From assembly GCF_902459465.1 (NCBI RefSeq), contig NC_047062.1, positions 24,056,001-24,120,000 on the forward strand: a stretch of DNA of 64,000 nucleotides. The letters are read 5' to 3'. Under the pieces are notes generated by a model that ran no database searches, was not told where the DNA came from, and saw only the letters and a program-made list of their open reading frames with translations. Each line of letters starts with the position of its first letter. Position 1 is the first letter of the stretch. This DNA comes from Asterias rubens. Its lineage: Eukaryota. Positions 63,501-64,000 of this stretch are shown here, one piece after another. The position numbers and the translations under genes are program-made.

Positions 63501-63736
63501 GCTCTCGCGACTTCTCGTAAGTCTTCATCCTGCTCACGGACTATGAATGGTCTGGACTTTCCCTTTTCCACCACCTCCTTTAAGTGTTTGAGAGCCTCAT
63601 CCTCTGTCATCTGGGCCGTGCGTTGTTTCTCTGGCCCGTTGATGCTTCTTGTGGCCAATTCATCCCCATGGACTGATTGGCAGGTCACAGCAAATGCTAC
63701 TAGAATGACAGTAAGGGCCACCGCTGCACACGCCAT
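57546..63736 (-). CDS. Secreted single-CUB-domain protein, 193 aa (exons 63736-63499, 63074-62980, 58459-58344, 57678-57546)
   Basis: Signal peptide [84 protein letters not shown]...|MCGSG...SSGNQMTVWLQSDESIQKSGFSASY; 582 nt in frame. Confidence 0.88.
58651..58857. mobile_element. Small TIR element related to the 60900-62290 repeat
   Basis: Inverted ends tagtccaagctc...gagcttggacta; internal ~150 bp shared with 62145-62285. Confidence 0.6.
58905..59080 (-). mobile_element. tRNA-derived SINE (same family as 19338-19495)
   Basis: Reverse B box gggattcgaaccc and shared tail. Confidence 0.6.
59472..59825. repeat. Tandem duplication, 2 x ~188 bp
   Basis: gttggtgcttaaaaactggtgttttcatggtcata...gctgc.gtt.ct.tgtgttttt occurs twice. 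Confidence 0.85.
60925..61690. repeat. Internally duplicated repeat (2 x ~300 bp, ~480 bp apart) in a CUB-gene intron
   Basis: gaaaaatg.cc...tctttcagccaaactcttcaataactctg...ttcgaccccagtttaat occurs twice. Confidence 0.75.
62594..62962. mobile_element. Copy of the abundant TTAA MITE, ending ~16 nt from a CUB exon donor site
   Basis: Same TIR and internal sequence. Confidence 0.75.
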
Positions 63737-64000
63737 TGTATCTGCAAGACAAACAATTTGGTGCAAGTTTAATTTTTTCGTTCAACAAAACTCGATTAAG
63801 GTTTCACTATATAGTTGTAGTTTATATAAGCATGAGATGCACTTATCTTATGTCGAGGACTCCTTTCCAATCAAACAAGGAGTGATACAAATGAGTAACA
63901 CGATTGGTTAATAGACTTCGAAGAAGATAGTTTTTTTTTAATGTTCATTGTGGAGACAATGTTATGGGTAATTGGTGCAGGTCTCCCACCACCCTATTAA

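Overview
AT-rich, intron-containing animal genomic DNA, probably from a marine invertebrate. The interspersed repeats resemble ones I recall from sea-star genomes, but this is unverified. The dominant feature is a young-looking 16.3-kb foldback DNA element (1304-17620). It has an exact 9-bp target-site duplication, kilobase inverted arms built from ~220-bp tandem units, and no transposase. Its centre holds one long frame fusing a USP-type deubiquitinase domain to a Ulp1/SENP-type protease domain. It sits 41 nt upstream of the CHAC2-like start codon, inside the short divergent promoter shared with a UQCC3-like gene. The rest of the window holds head-to-head C14orf119-like and GON7-like genes, two tandem GALNT7-like genes, a secreted single-CUB protein gene and three small orphan spliced ORFs. 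One GALNT copy appears to lack a catalytic exon and has an antisense aerolysin/natterin-like remnant in that intron. There are also many TTAA-flanked MITEs, tRNA-derived SINE remnants and local tandem duplications. Gene models and coordinates were derived by eye.
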